This document shows, piece by piece, positions 43,714 through 52,932 of a stretch of 64,000 nucleotides of DNA (positions are counted from its first letter, which is position 1; the number at the start of each line of letters is the position of its first letter). The stretch covers positions 1,440,001 through 1,504,000 of the forward strand of contig OZ242374.1 in NCBI GenBank assembly GCA_965209055.1. The letters are read 5' to 3'. The translations under genes were made by a program, and so were the position numbers. The notes under the pieces were generated by a model. It saw nothing but the letters and a program-made list of their open reading frames with translations. It had not been told where the DNA came from and made no database searches. This stretch comes from Acidobacteriota bacterium. GTDB lineage: Bacteria > Acidobacteriota > UBA6911 > RPQK01 > JAJDTT01.

Positions 43714-45351
43714 TTAAGCGACTTTTTCCCGGGCTTCCAAGACCTTCGCGACCACGACTTCGACGTCCGATTCATCGACAAACGGCGACTGGATATACGA
43801 TTTCAAGGCAAAGATGGGCTCCTGGTAGCGGGTCCGGCGATAGCACTCGGTCGAAGAAACGACGACGCCGCGGCCCGCCATGGCCTCGGAGTGCACGTAC
43901 CGGAATATGTTTCGATTGTATTCGTTGTGGGCCAGCAGGGTTTCCCGATAGCCAGGGTCGTCGAATTCCTGCCGTTTGATGGCAAAGGTGTCGACGCCGG
44001 GTGGGTAGGCGCGGAACAGGGTCACGGTGCCGAAGTTGTCCCGGTTGAGGACGGTCGTGCCTTCGTGCCCTTCCAGGTGTTCCCTCAGCAGTTGAGCCAT
44101 CTCGACGATATGCCCGATGACGACCTGCAGACCCTGCTCGCCGAACAGGCGAAAATTGGCGAGGGCCGCGAGAGGACCCGTCCCCGCCCTGGAGGTTTCG
44201 AGGGTGTACATGCCGGGCCGATGATCGCCGAAGTGATAGAGATAGGGCATCTGTTCGGCCGAGCGCGTCACCAGCCGCAAGTCCTCCGAGTTTTTGACCA
44301 GCACGAGGCTGGAGATGTAAGGCGCGAAACCGGTCTTGTGAAAGTCCACGCCGACGGAGTCGGCTTCCGGCAAATGGCGGATTCGGCGGCACGCACCTGC
44401 CAGGGCGCGAATTGTGCGTCGCCGGAACCCCAGGGGGTTGCTCTTGAAATCGTACTGGTTGAACATCGACCAGGCCCAGCCGATGACGGCGTCGGCGTGA
44501 ACGTGCGGCCGATAGGCGAGTTGATATTCGTCGGCCAGGGCGTCCCGCAGTTTCACGATCCCCCGCAGGTCGTCCAACCCGAAGGCATCGGTGGTTCCCA
44601 AGGTCGCGATGATGGCGGCGATCTTCTTCCCGCTCGACAGCGCCGCCCGAGCGGCTCGTTCGAGCTGGACAAGATCGATTTCGTTTTCGTCGGTAGCCGG
44701 AATCGCGATCAAATTGTCGGTCCCGATTCCGAGCCACCCTGCAATGTTCATGGCGCAGTAGTGTCCGGCCTCCGAGACGAAGACGACGGCGTCTTCCGGC
44801 ACGCCTTTGCGCATGGTCTGAGGGCAGGCTTTTTCCAGACCGAGCTTCACCCCGTAGAGGGTTGTTCCGGTGCCGCCGAAGGTGAACACGCCGCCGGCCA
44901 GCGCCGGGTCGTAGCCGACCAGGCGGGCAGTGATGGCCGTGGCCTCGACTTCGGCCAGCGCCACCAGGCGGCTGTATTCGTCCCAGGAGACGTTAGGGTT
45001 GTGCAGCGCGGAGAGCAGGACGCCGATCAGGCTCGGTATCGTCGGTGGCGGCACGACGTTCTGCTGGGTGCGGGGATGGCCAAAGATGGTCATGCCTCGC
45101 AGATAGCCGACGAGATCGGATGTGACCGCCTCGACCGAGGCCGTTCGGGGGCGCAATCTGGCCTGCCGCGCCGCCTCGAAATCGCCGGGGACAACGGATC
45201 CGAGAATCGGCAACCGTGTTTTCAGCGCGTCGACCTGATCCAGGGCGCGCATGATGGAGTGCACGAAGTAAGAGTCGTGGATCGGATCGGATACGGGTTG
45301 GGGAAATGCGAGCCGGACTTCTTTCAGAATTTCGCGATACGGGCTGCTCAT
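43714..45351 (-). CDS. Group II PLP-dependent amino acid decarboxylase
   Basis: GVFTFGGT, HYC, TLGTT..G.DD, HADA and DFHK (PLP lysine) motifs. Confidence 0.88.
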   Translation of the reverse strand: MSSPYREILKEVRLAFPQPVSDPIHDSYFVHSIMRALDQVDALKTRLPILGSVVPGDFEAARQARLRPRTASVEAVTSDLVGYLRGMTIFGHPRTQQNVVPPPTIPSLIGVLLSALHNPNVSWDEYSRLVALAEVEATAITARLVGYDPALAGGVFTFGGTGTTLYGVKLGLEKACPQTMRKGVPEDAVVFVSEAGHYCAMNIAGWLGIGTDNLIAIPATDENEIDLVQLERAARAALSSGKKIAAIIATLGTTDAFGLDDLRGIVKLRDALADEYQLAYRPHVHADAVIGWAWSMFNQYDFKSNPLGFRRRTIRALAGACRRIRHLPEADSVGVDFHKTGFAPYISSLVLVKNSEDLRLVTRSAEQMPYLYHFGDHRPGMYTLETSRAGTGPLAALANFRLFGEQGLQVVIGHIVEMAQLLREHLEGHEGTTVLNRDNFGTVTLFRAYPPGVDTFAIKRQEFDDPGYRETLLAHNEYNRNIFRYVHSEAMAGRGVVVSSTECYRRTRYQEPIFALKSYIQSPFVDESDVEVVVAKVLEAREKVA

Positions 45352-45444
45352 GGCCGTTTCAGTTCCCGATCAGTCCTCGGTTGCCCCCTTTCGCCGCCGC
45401 CCGGCGCGGCAGGCGCGCACCCGCCGGCAGAAACCGGACCCGGG

Positions 45445-45960
45445 CTATCTGCGGCGCTTCAGTTCGAACACCTTCGGGGATTCCCCGGTGATCTGCCCGT
45501 CCTTCATGCTGTACCAGCGCGTCGTGAGGCGGTCCTTCCCGCTCACGATGTATTCGGCGTGGTGCATGTAATGGTCCGTGCGCGAAGAAAGATTGGTAAT
45601 GCTGTCGAATCGCAACTCCAGGCGGTTTTCGTCGTCGGTGGCCCTCACTTCCAACCGCGGCTGGTTTCCCGCCGCACAGTAATGAGTCATCAGGACCCGT
45701 TCCCCGTCCGCGTGGTACATGTTGACCATTTCATGTCCGTCGGGACTGTCGGGAAACATCCGCTCCATCACTGCCGACCCGGCGGAAGTGAGCCGGAAGC
45801 TGGCGCCGACGACGCCGGTCTCACCCCCGTTGTCATCCAGCAGGATCCACTCGCCCTCCAGGGCAGTCAGCTTCGACATCACGTCATCCCCGGCCACCGC
45901 GGCCCCGGGCAGGCCAAGCGCCAACAGTGCCGCGCAGGCAATCCATCTTCTTCGTGCCAT
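45445..45960 (-). CDS. Exported hypothetical beta-rich protein (THYCAAGNQPR motif)
   Basis: Signal peptide MARRRWIACAALLALGLPGAAVA; GGAGGA upstream of ATG 45960. Confidence 0.7.
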   Translation of the reverse strand: MARRRWIACAALLALGLPGAAVAGDDVMSKLTALEGEWILLDDNGGETGVVGASFRLTSAGSAVMERMFPDSPDGHEMVNMYHADGERVLMTHYCAAGNQPRLEVRATDDENRLELRFDSITNLSSRTDHYMHHAEYIVSGKDRLTTRWYSMKDGQITGESPKVFELKRRR

Positions 45961-46000
45961 GAAAGGTCCTCCCTGGGGCCGGTTCAGAGCCCCGGATTCG

Positions 46001-46279
46001 TCAGTCCAGATCCCAGAGGCGCTTCGGATCCTCCAGCTCGTCCTTGGATCGCAGGGCTTCCTGAAACTTGTCCTCCAGGCTGGCGTGCCGGCGCTTCTCG
46101 TTGTCCATTGCCTGGCTGAAGATCTGGTCCGCCTTTGATTTTCGTTCTTCGATCTTTTCCAAGGCCGACTCGAAAGAGTAGTCCGGTTTCCTGCTCTCAC
46201 TTCGAATCACGAGGCCCGTCTTGGAGTCGACGAGGAGCCGGCACCCGCAATCGGGACATTCCACCTTGAGTCTGGGCAT
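46001..46279 (-). CDS. Small hypothetical protein (CxxC plus helical tail)
   Basis: VECPDCG followed by a charged helical region; AAAGGA upstream. Confidence 0.7.
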   Translation of the reverse strand: MPRLKVECPDCGCRLLVDSKTGLVIRSESRKPDYSFESALEKIEERKSKADQIFSQAMDNEKRRHASLEDKFQEALRSKDELEDPKRLWDLD

Positions 46280-46333
46280 GATCCTTTCATTCTAATATGA
46301 ATCCCGCAGGACTGTTCCCACGGGCGCCGGAGG

Positions 46334-46933
46334 TCAGCAGGAAGGGTTGGAGAGGGCGTCGATCCGGCGCCGGACACCGGGGTCGGCCAGGAGTTCGGAG
46401 GCGCGGAACAGCGAAAAATAGTGGTAGGTAGCCAGATTCCCGGCGGCGCCCTCCTCCCGGTCGACGATGGAGATGACGGCGGCCACGCGGTAGCCTTCGG
46501 CCTCGGCCTGGACGATGGCCTTTTGGGCCGACCCTCCCGTCGTGCAGACGTCGTCGACCACCACCACCGGAGACCCTTCCGGTCCCTGGTAGCCTTCCAG
46601 GTAGCGCCGGGTCCCGTGGCTCTTGGGTCGCTTGCGGACGATGAACGCGTCAATCGGGTCGAACCTGGACCGGTGGACGAAACTCACTGCCGCCACCGCG
46701 GCGACGATGGGATCGGCGCCCAGGCTCAGACCGCCGATGGCGGCCGCCGAGACCTGCCGCCGCCGAAGCTCCTCCAGGATCAGCAGCGCGCAGAGATAGG
46801 CTCCCTCGGCCTTCAGGGTGGCCTGCTTCAGGTCCAGGTAGTAGTGGCTCCGGCGGCCCGACGCGAGCCGGAAACGGCCCACCTTCAGGCAACGCCTCAA
46901 CAGGATCTGCTTCAGGCGCTCACGGCTGTCCAT
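46334..46933 (-). CDS. pyrE: Orotate phosphoribosyltransferase
   Basis: FRLASG, VRKRPKSHG and VVDDVCTTGGS motifs. Confidence 0.95.
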   Translation of the reverse strand: MDSRERLKQILLRRCLKVGRFRLASGRRSHYYLDLKQATLKAEGAYLCALLILEELRRRQVSAAAIGGLSLGADPIVAAVAAVSFVHRSRFDPIDAFIVRKRPKSHGTRRYLEGYQGPEGSPVVVVDDVCTTGGSAQKAIVQAEAEGYRVAAVISIVDREEGAAGNLATYHYFSLFRASELLADPGVRRRIDALSNPSC

Positions 46934-46970
46934 GGGGAGGCGAGTATACATCTGGTACTATGACGCGCTC

Positions 46971-48290
46971 ATGGTCAAACCGGGCAAGTGGCTGTCGCGA
47001 ATCGGCCCGGGCGCCATCGTGGCGTCCGCCACCGTGGGAGCCGGCGAGACGGTTCTGGCCGTCCGCGCCGGCGCCTGGGGCGGTTACGACCTCCTCTGGC
47101 TGATCCTTCTGGCCATCCTGGCCAAGTCGTTCCTGACTCTGTATCTCCTGGGCCACTATACGGTCGCCACCGGCCGCACCGTGGCTGAAAAGCTGGTGGA
47201 GCTGCCCGGTCCCCGGGGATGGTTTCTCTGGACCGTCCTGGTGTTGGAGTCCCTGGTGGCGCCCTTCGTCTTCGTGGTGATCGCGGTCCCGTGCGGGCGC
47301 TTGATGAGCCAGGTGCTTGCCGGTGGAGGAGTGAACGTCTCCTACAAGTGGTTGGCTCTGGCCTTTCTGAGCCTGGCCGTCCTGGTGGGCCTGGTCCAAC
47401 GGTACGACACTCTGGAGAAATCGCAGGGTGTGGTCTGCCTGGTGCTTCTGGCGGGAACCGTGACCGCCACCGTCCTGGCCCGCCCCGACTTCGCCGGGAT
47501 TCTCAAGGGAATGTTCAGCTTGGGTACGGTCCCTCCCTATCCGGACTGGATTCCCGCTGAAATCAAGGGAAGAAGCCGGCTCCTGGAGGTGGCCGCGGTC
47601 TTCGGATACGCCGGCAGCATCGCCATGAACTACGTGGTCTACTCGAACTGGATCGTGATGAAAGGCTGGAGGCTGAAGGAAGCCTCGGGACGTGCCGCAA
47701 GAAAGCGCGCGCTGGGGCCCCTGAAGTTCGATGTGGGGGCCAACGCGGTCGTCGTGTTTCTGGTGACGGTGGCTTTCATGGTGGCCGGCGCAGCCATTCT
47801 GAATCCCATGCAAAGGATCCCGCAGGGATACGATCTGCTGACGGAGCAGGCCCATATCTTCGCCGAAATCTCATCCTTCATGATTCCGCTCTATTACGTC
47901 ACGATTCTCGCCGCGCTCTGGGGGACGTTGAACGCGTTGCCCGATATCTACGGCAGGGGCGCTCACAGTTTTCTTCGTCAGCTCGTGCCCGCGGGCCGGA
48001 ATTGGTCGCTCGCCAGGGTGAGAAACATTTACGGGATCTCCATCCTGTTTCTTTCCGGATTCTTTATCTGGAGCGGGACGACCCCCATCATCATGGTGGA
48101 CATGGTGGCGCTCTTCAGCACCAACGTGGGCGTGGGCCTCGTTTGCATCGCCGCCATCTGGTTGAATCGGCAACTTCCTGCCGCCAAACGGGTCTCTCCC
48201 TGGCTCTCGGGAGCCGCCGTGGCCGGAGCGGCCGTCACCAACGTCATGGCGCTGATTTCCGCACGGGAAGTGTTGTTGCGGTACTTTTGA
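46971..48290 (+). CDS. Nramp/APC-superfamily membrane transporter
   Basis: IGPGAIVASATVGAGE...GAWGGY.LLW and about 11 hydrophobic segments. Confidence 0.75.
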   Translation: MVKPGKWLSRIGPGAIVASATVGAGETVLAVRAGAWGGYDLLWLILLAILAKSFLTLYLLGHYTVATGRTVAEKLVELPGPRGWFLWTVLVLESLVAPFVFVVIAVPCGRLMSQVLAGGGVNVSYKWLALAFLSLAVLVGLVQRYDTLEKSQGVVCLVLLAGTVTATVLARPDFAGILKGMFSLGTVPPYPDWIPAEIKGRSRLLEVAAVFGYAGSIAMNYVVYSNWIVMKGWRLKEASGRAARKRALGPLKFDVGANAVVVFLVTVAFMVAGAAILNPMQRIPQGYDLLTEQAHIFAEISSFMIPLYYVTILAALWGTLNALPDIYGRGAHSFLRQLVPAGRNWSLARVRNIYGISILFLSGFFIWSGTTPIIMVDMVALFSTNVGVGLVCIAAIWLNRQLPAAKRVSPWLSGAAVAGAAVTNVMALISAREVLLRYF

Positions 48291-48353
48291 CGCGAATACC
48301 CGGTTCGGCTCCGTCGTTCAAAAAAAGCCGGACCTGCATGTGGGAGGGAGTCC

Positions 48354-49889
48354 ATGCCTGCCGACAAGCGATTCAATCCTGACGAACTGAAGCAGTTGCT
48401 CCAGAACAAATACGGGACCGGAGTGCGGGTCGAAGTGTTCCCCAAGGCGGAACGGGAGGGGACGGGAGAAGAGCCGGCCCAGGAGCCGGCGGATCATCGC
48501 GATCTCACGTTCGACTACCGTCCGAGCCAGATCAAGGAGTACCTGGACCGTTTCGTCATTCAGCAGGACGAAGCCAAGAAGGTGCTGTCAACCGCGATCT
48601 GCGACCACTACCACCACATCCAGAACTGCAGCGACCCGGACGAGTGGCGGGAGTACAAGAAGCAGAACATCATCATCATCGGTCCCACGGGGGTGGGAAA
48701 GACCTATCTGATCCAGAACATCGCCCGGTTGATCGGAGTTCCGTTCTGCAAGGCCGACGCCACGAGGTACAGCGAAACCGGATACGTGGGAGGCGACGTG
48801 GAGGATCTGGTCCGGGAACTGGTCCAGCAGGCGAACGACGACGTCCGCCTGGCGGAGTATGGAATCGTCTACCTCGACGAGATCGACAAAATCGCCGGAC
48901 CCACGGGCGTCATCGGGCGGGACGTGAGCGGCCACGGCGTGCAAAGAGGGCTTTTGAAGCTCATGGAGGAGACGGAGGTCCCGTTGCGGTCCCCCACGGA
49001 CATCGCCAGCCAGATGCAGTCCCTGATGGAGATTCAATCCGGCCGCAAGCCGGAAAAGAAGACGATCAACACCAAGCACATCCTCTTCATCGTCAGCGGC
49101 GCCTTCAACGGACTGACCGAGATCGTCGGGAAACGTCTGGGCTCAAGAAAGATCGGCTTCATGGGCGGAGAGCAGGAGGCAGACCGGAAAGAGGAGCTGT
49201 TGCTGCAGCAGGTCCGTTCCACGGACTTCGTGGAATATGGTTTCGAATCGGAGTTTATCGGGCGCCTTCCGGTCGTGACCCACTGCCGCCGCCTCAGCGT
49301 CGACGACCTTTTTCAGATCCTGAAGAGGTCGGAGGGGTCCCTCCTCAAGCAGTACAAGAAGGACTTTCTGGCGTACGGCATCGACATCTATTTCAAGGAT
49401 GGGGCGATGCGCGCGCTGGCCGCGCTGGCGGAGCAGGAAGAGACGGGCGCGCGCGGACTGATGACCGTGTGCGAGAGGGTCTTCCGCGACTTCAAGTACC
49501 AACTTCCGGATCATGAAATAACGGAATTGGTAGCGGACCGCAAACTGGTCGAGGATCCGAAAGCGTCGCTCAAGGAGCTCCTGGCCACGCCGGACCTGCA
49601 TCACGAGGCCATCCTGCAGTTTCAACTCAAACGATTCGAGGCGGAGTTCTACAAGCGATACGGAGTGGAGATCAGCTTTACGCCGGAAGCCGTTGCACTC
49701 ATCTCCGAGCGGGTGAGAGGCCCGAATGCCGACGTTCTGCAGTACTGCAGGGACCTGTTTCGGGAGTACGAGCACGGAATGAAACTGCTGGCGCGCGGAC
49801 AGGCCTCCAAGCCGTTGTCCGTGGGTCCGCAGGTCATCGAGGATCCCGCAGGTTCGCTGGAGAAATGGATCCGCGAGACCTACAAGTGA
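48354..49889 (+). CDS. ClpX-like AAA+ unfoldase lacking the N-terminal zinc-binding domain
   Basis: GPTGVGKT, GYVG, DEIDK, RDVSG.GVQ, IGF loop, EFIGR and TGARGL motifs. Confidence 0.85.
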   Translation: MPADKRFNPDELKQLLQNKYGTGVRVEVFPKAEREGTGEEPAQEPADHRDLTFDYRPSQIKEYLDRFVIQQDEAKKVLSTAICDHYHHIQNCSDPDEWREYKKQNIIIIGPTGVGKTYLIQNIARLIGVPFCKADATRYSETGYVGGDVEDLVRELVQQANDDVRLAEYGIVYLDEIDKIAGPTGVIGRDVSGHGVQRGLLKLMEETEVPLRSPTDIASQMQSLMEIQSGRKPEKKTINTKHILFIVSGAFNGLTEIVGKRLGSRKIGFMGGEQEADRKEELLLQQVRSTDFVEYGFESEFIGRLPVVTHCRRLSVDDLFQILKRSEGSLLKQYKKDFLAYGIDIYFKDGAMRALAALAEQEETGARGLMTVCERVFRDFKYQLPDHEITELVADRKLVEDPKASLKELLATPDLHHEAILQFQLKRFEAEFYKRYGVEISFTPEAVALISERVRGPNADVLQYCRDLFREYEHGMKLLARGQASKPLSVGPQVIEDPAGSLEKWIRETYK

Positions 49890-49905
49890 AGACGCGGCGC
49901 GGATC

Positions 49906-50514
49906 TCAATTGGAGCGGCGGCGATAGACGGCGGCGAACACGGTCCGCAAGGGAGAGACGCAGTAGTTCTCGATGATCTGCTTGCCGACCTGGGGCCGAA
50001 AGCAGTGCTCCAGGTAGGGAGCGCCCACTCTGAAGGAGAGCCGCATGATGTCGGCCCCTTCGCCTCTTTTCTCCACGGCGAAAGCGGCCTGCACACTGGG
50101 TTCCAGGAGGAAGATCTGGTTGTAGCGGAGTTTCTTTTCCTTCAGCTCAAATGGCGCGGGCACGATTTCAGCCCCCAGGTGCCGGTAGTGGGTCACGAGC
50201 CGACGCAGAAAATCGTCGTAGTCGAATGATTCCACCTTGTTGTTGACGCTCACTTCGAGAATGAACGCGTCCTCAAGCCAGGCGGAACGCAATCCGTAAG
50301 TGAAGTCCAGATCGCCCTTGTTGAACTTGATCCGGTGGCCCTTGTCGTCGTGGAAGCGCTTGAGCTCCTCGGTGCCCTGCTGGCCGGGAAGGTTCGCCAC
50401 CTGCTCGCTGGTGATGTAGAAGCTGGCGACGTTGTCGTACCAACTGTCGATGATGTTGCCGAGGATCTTGTCGGCAGCGTGCTCAATCGTCTCGGCGTTA
50501 GCGGTGGTCAACAT
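49906..50514 (-). CDS. Hypothetical protein
   Basis: 202-aa ORF with protein-like composition filling the gap between neighbours; TACAAT 11 nt upstream; no motif recognised. Confidence 0.7.
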   Translation of the reverse strand: MLTTANAETIEHAADKILGNIIDSWYDNVASFYITSEQVANLPGQQGTEELKRFHDDKGHRIKFNKGDLDFTYGLRSAWLEDAFILEVSVNNKVESFDYDDFLRRLVTHYRHLGAEIVPAPFELKEKKLRYNQIFLLEPSVQAAFAVEKRGEGADIMRLSFRVGAPYLEHCFRPQVGKQIIENYCVSPLRTVFAAVYRRRSN

Positions 50515-50595
50515 GCGGCCCGAAGATTGTAAACCAACCCCCGAAATCGTGTAAATAGCCTCCCCGCAGTTTTGTGGGTGGCGTTCGTCCGCATT

Positions 50596-51777
50596 TCATT
50601 CATGCGCCAACCGTGGCGTTGCCTTCAGGCCGCCTCGTCCCAGTCCCGGCGGCAGCTTCAAGGCCAGAACGAACCCCGGCACGGTGAGGAGAACGATGAC
50701 CGTCATGGACAATTGAAGGCCGACCGTCTGACTGGCCAATCCAAACACAGGCAGTAGCAATCCACCCACGCCCCAGGCGAACCCCATGAGCAGCGCGGAA
50801 ATCGTGGAAGTGGCCTCCGGAACGATCTGTTGGGCCATCACCACGTTGACGGGAGAAGTGGAGAGCAGGACGGCGCCTCCCAAAATGCACAGCACGACGG
50901 AAATCGGTCCCTGAGACCAGAGAAACGCCATGAGCAACGGCAAGCCGCCGAACATGGAGAGAGCCAGGACGCTCTTCCCGCCGAAGCGGTCGCTCAGGAG
51001 GCCCCCCAGGAAACCCGCACTGCCGCCGGCCAGCAGAAACAGACTCAGAATCAGGGCCGCCCGCGACTCGTCGTATCCGTTCAGAGTCAGATAAAAGGGA
51101 AGAAACGCGACGAAGATGATCTGGATGGTTCCTCGGATGACCACCAGCAGATAGAGGATCAGAAGCGGCTTTCGTTGCTCCAGAAGCCGCGAAAGAAGAG
51201 TCCTGTGGTGGAGTGCGGCCGTCTGGGACGGGGATGGACCGTAAAGGATGAGATACAGGCTCATGGCGACCCCCGGCACGCCGGCCCAGAGGCTGGATCC
51301 CAGGCCCACGAGGGCAATCACGGTGGTGATATAGACCGGGCCCAGGGCGTAGCCGAGCATGCCGGTGGTGACGAAGACCGACATGTGGAGGCCCTTTCTG
51401 CGGCCGGAGGACTCCGAGACCATGGACGCCGCCTGGGGGTGAAACGCCGAGATCCCGGCGCCGCCCAGGATGACCATCACCAACAGCGCCCAGAAATTGG
51501 GAGCCAGGCCCAGGCCGGAGATGAAGATCCCCGCCAGTCCGGGTCCCAGCGCGGTGAAGACGCGGTTCCGCAGCCGGTCCGCCAGGTAGCCGTAGACGGG
51601 CTGCATGAATGCGCTGGAAAAACTCAGGACGCCTCCCAGTATCCCGGCTTCGGCCAGCGACAGGTCCAGTTGCTGGTGGAGAAAGGGCAGGAACGCCCCG
51701 AACATGCTGGCGTAGCAGTCGATGAAGAAGTGACCGCCGGACATTGAAACCACCGGCCTCGGGACTCTGAACGACAT
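50596..51777 (-). CDS. MFS transporter (Fsr-like)
   Basis: GHFFIDCY, QPVYGYLADR, AFHP and GGLLSDRFG motifs; about 12 transmembrane segments. Confidence 0.9.
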   Translation of the reverse strand: MSFRVPRPVVSMSGGHFFIDCYASMFGAFLPFLHQQLDLSLAEAGILGGVLSFSSAFMQPVYGYLADRLRNRVFTALGPGLAGIFISGLGLAPNFWALLVMVILGGAGISAFHPQAASMVSESSGRRKGLHMSVFVTTGMLGYALGPVYITTVIALVGLGSSLWAGVPGVAMSLYLILYGPSPSQTAALHHRTLLSRLLEQRKPLLILYLLVVIRGTIQIIFVAFLPFYLTLNGYDESRAALILSLFLLAGGSAGFLGGLLSDRFGGKSVLALSMFGGLPLLMAFLWSQGPISVVLCILGGAVLLSTSPVNVVMAQQIVPEATSTISALLMGFAWGVGGLLLPVFGLASQTVGLQLSMTVIVLLTVPGFVLALKLPPGLGRGGLKATPRLAHE

Positions 51778-51859
51778 GGCCGCGCTATTCTCGCACAATC
51801 CGCCGCGGCGCAGGACCGCTCCTCCTGGAGCCCTTTTCGGCGCGGCGCGCTGGATTAAA

Positions 51860-52885
51860 ATGAAAGGCGATTTGAAGCTGGACGAATTCGACTACGAACT
51901 GCCGCGGCGCCTCATCGCCCAACGTCCCCGGTCTCCCCGCGACGGCTCGAGGTTGATGGTGCTCCGCCGGAAGACCGCCACCCGGGAACACGCCCGGTTC
52001 GCCGATCTCCCCGGTCTCGTGTCGGAGCGGGACCTCCTGGTGTTGAACGACTCCCGAGTGCTGCCCGCCCGGCTGGCGGCCGTCAAGGAGACGGGGGGGC
52101 GGGTCGAGGTGTTGTTGCTGGATGCACTCGAGGGTCATGTCTGGCGGACCCTGCTCAAGCCGGGCCGTCGGGCCCGCGCCGGCGACCTGCTCACCGTACA
52201 TCCCGAATTGCTGTCGATTCGGGTGTTGGACGATCCCGGTCCCGCCGTCCGCCAGGTCCGCCTCAAACCCGCCGGGGATCTGCAGGAGGTCCTGGAGCAA
52301 GTGGGGCGCCCGCCCCTCCCGCCCTACATTCGCCGGCAAGTCGATTCCCGGGACCGCGAAGCCTATCAGACGGTGTACGCCGCCCGGCCGGGTTCGGCGG
52401 CGGCCCCGACGGCAGGACTTCACTTCACCGAGGCGCTCCTCTCCCGCCTGAACCACTGCAAGATCACGTTGCACGTGGGTTACGGCACGTTCCAACCCGT
52501 CGTGGCGGATCGGGTCGACGACCACCGCATGCACTCGGAGTACTACGAGGTGTCGGCGGAATCGGCGCGGAGGATTCGGCGCCACCGCAAGGCGGGGGGA
52601 CGCGTCATCGCGGTGGGGACCACGTCGACACGGGTCCTGGAGCAGGTCTGGCTGCGCCACGGCGACGTGGTGGAGGACCGGGGATGGACCGACCTCTTCG
52701 TCAAGCCGGGTTTCGAATTCCAAGGCATCGACGGTCTCATCACCAACTTCCACCTCCCCCGGACATCACTGCTGCTCCTGGTATCGGCGTTTGCCGGAAA
52801 CCGCCTGCTGAAAGAAAGCTACCGGGAGGCCGTCCACCGCGGCTACCGCTTCTACAGCTACGGTGACGCCATGCTCATTGTCTGA
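51860..52885 (+). CDS. queA: S-adenosylmethionine:tRNA ribosyltransferase-isomerase
   Basis: FDYELP..LIAQ, PLPPYI, YQTVYA, AAPTAGLHF, TNFHLP and YRFYSYGDAM motifs. Start 51860 or TTG 51872. Confidence 0.96.
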   Translation: MKGDLKLDEFDYELPRRLIAQRPRSPRDGSRLMVLRRKTATREHARFADLPGLVSERDLLVLNDSRVLPARLAAVKETGGRVEVLLLDALEGHVWRTLLKPGRRARAGDLLTVHPELLSIRVLDDPGPAVRQVRLKPAGDLQEVLEQVGRPPLPPYIRRQVDSRDREAYQTVYAARPGSAAAPTAGLHFTEALLSRLNHCKITLHVGYGTFQPVVADRVDDHRMHSEYYEVSAESARRIRRHRKAGGRVIAVGTTSTRVLEQVWLRHGDVVEDRGWTDLFVKPGFEFQGIDGLITNFHLPRTSLLLLVSAFAGNRLLKESYREAVHRGYRFYSYGDAMLIV

Positions 52886-52932
52886 GGGGGGAGAGAAGAC
52901 AGGAGGGCGCCCATGCAAAAGGGGCGCACCTG

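Noticed and set aside
43690-46119. Long shadow ORFs (also 8358-10088, 14442-16304, 41486-43627, 56605-58101, 59791-61683)
   Set aside because: They are antisense or alternate-frame ORFs over well-supported genes, expected in high-GC DNA, with no motifs.
38411-46279. Integrative island at tRNA-Ser
   Set aside because: No integrase and no duplicated tRNA 3' end seen downstream. The 10-bp TCCTCCGCCA match near 5829 lies inside hinT and is probably chance.
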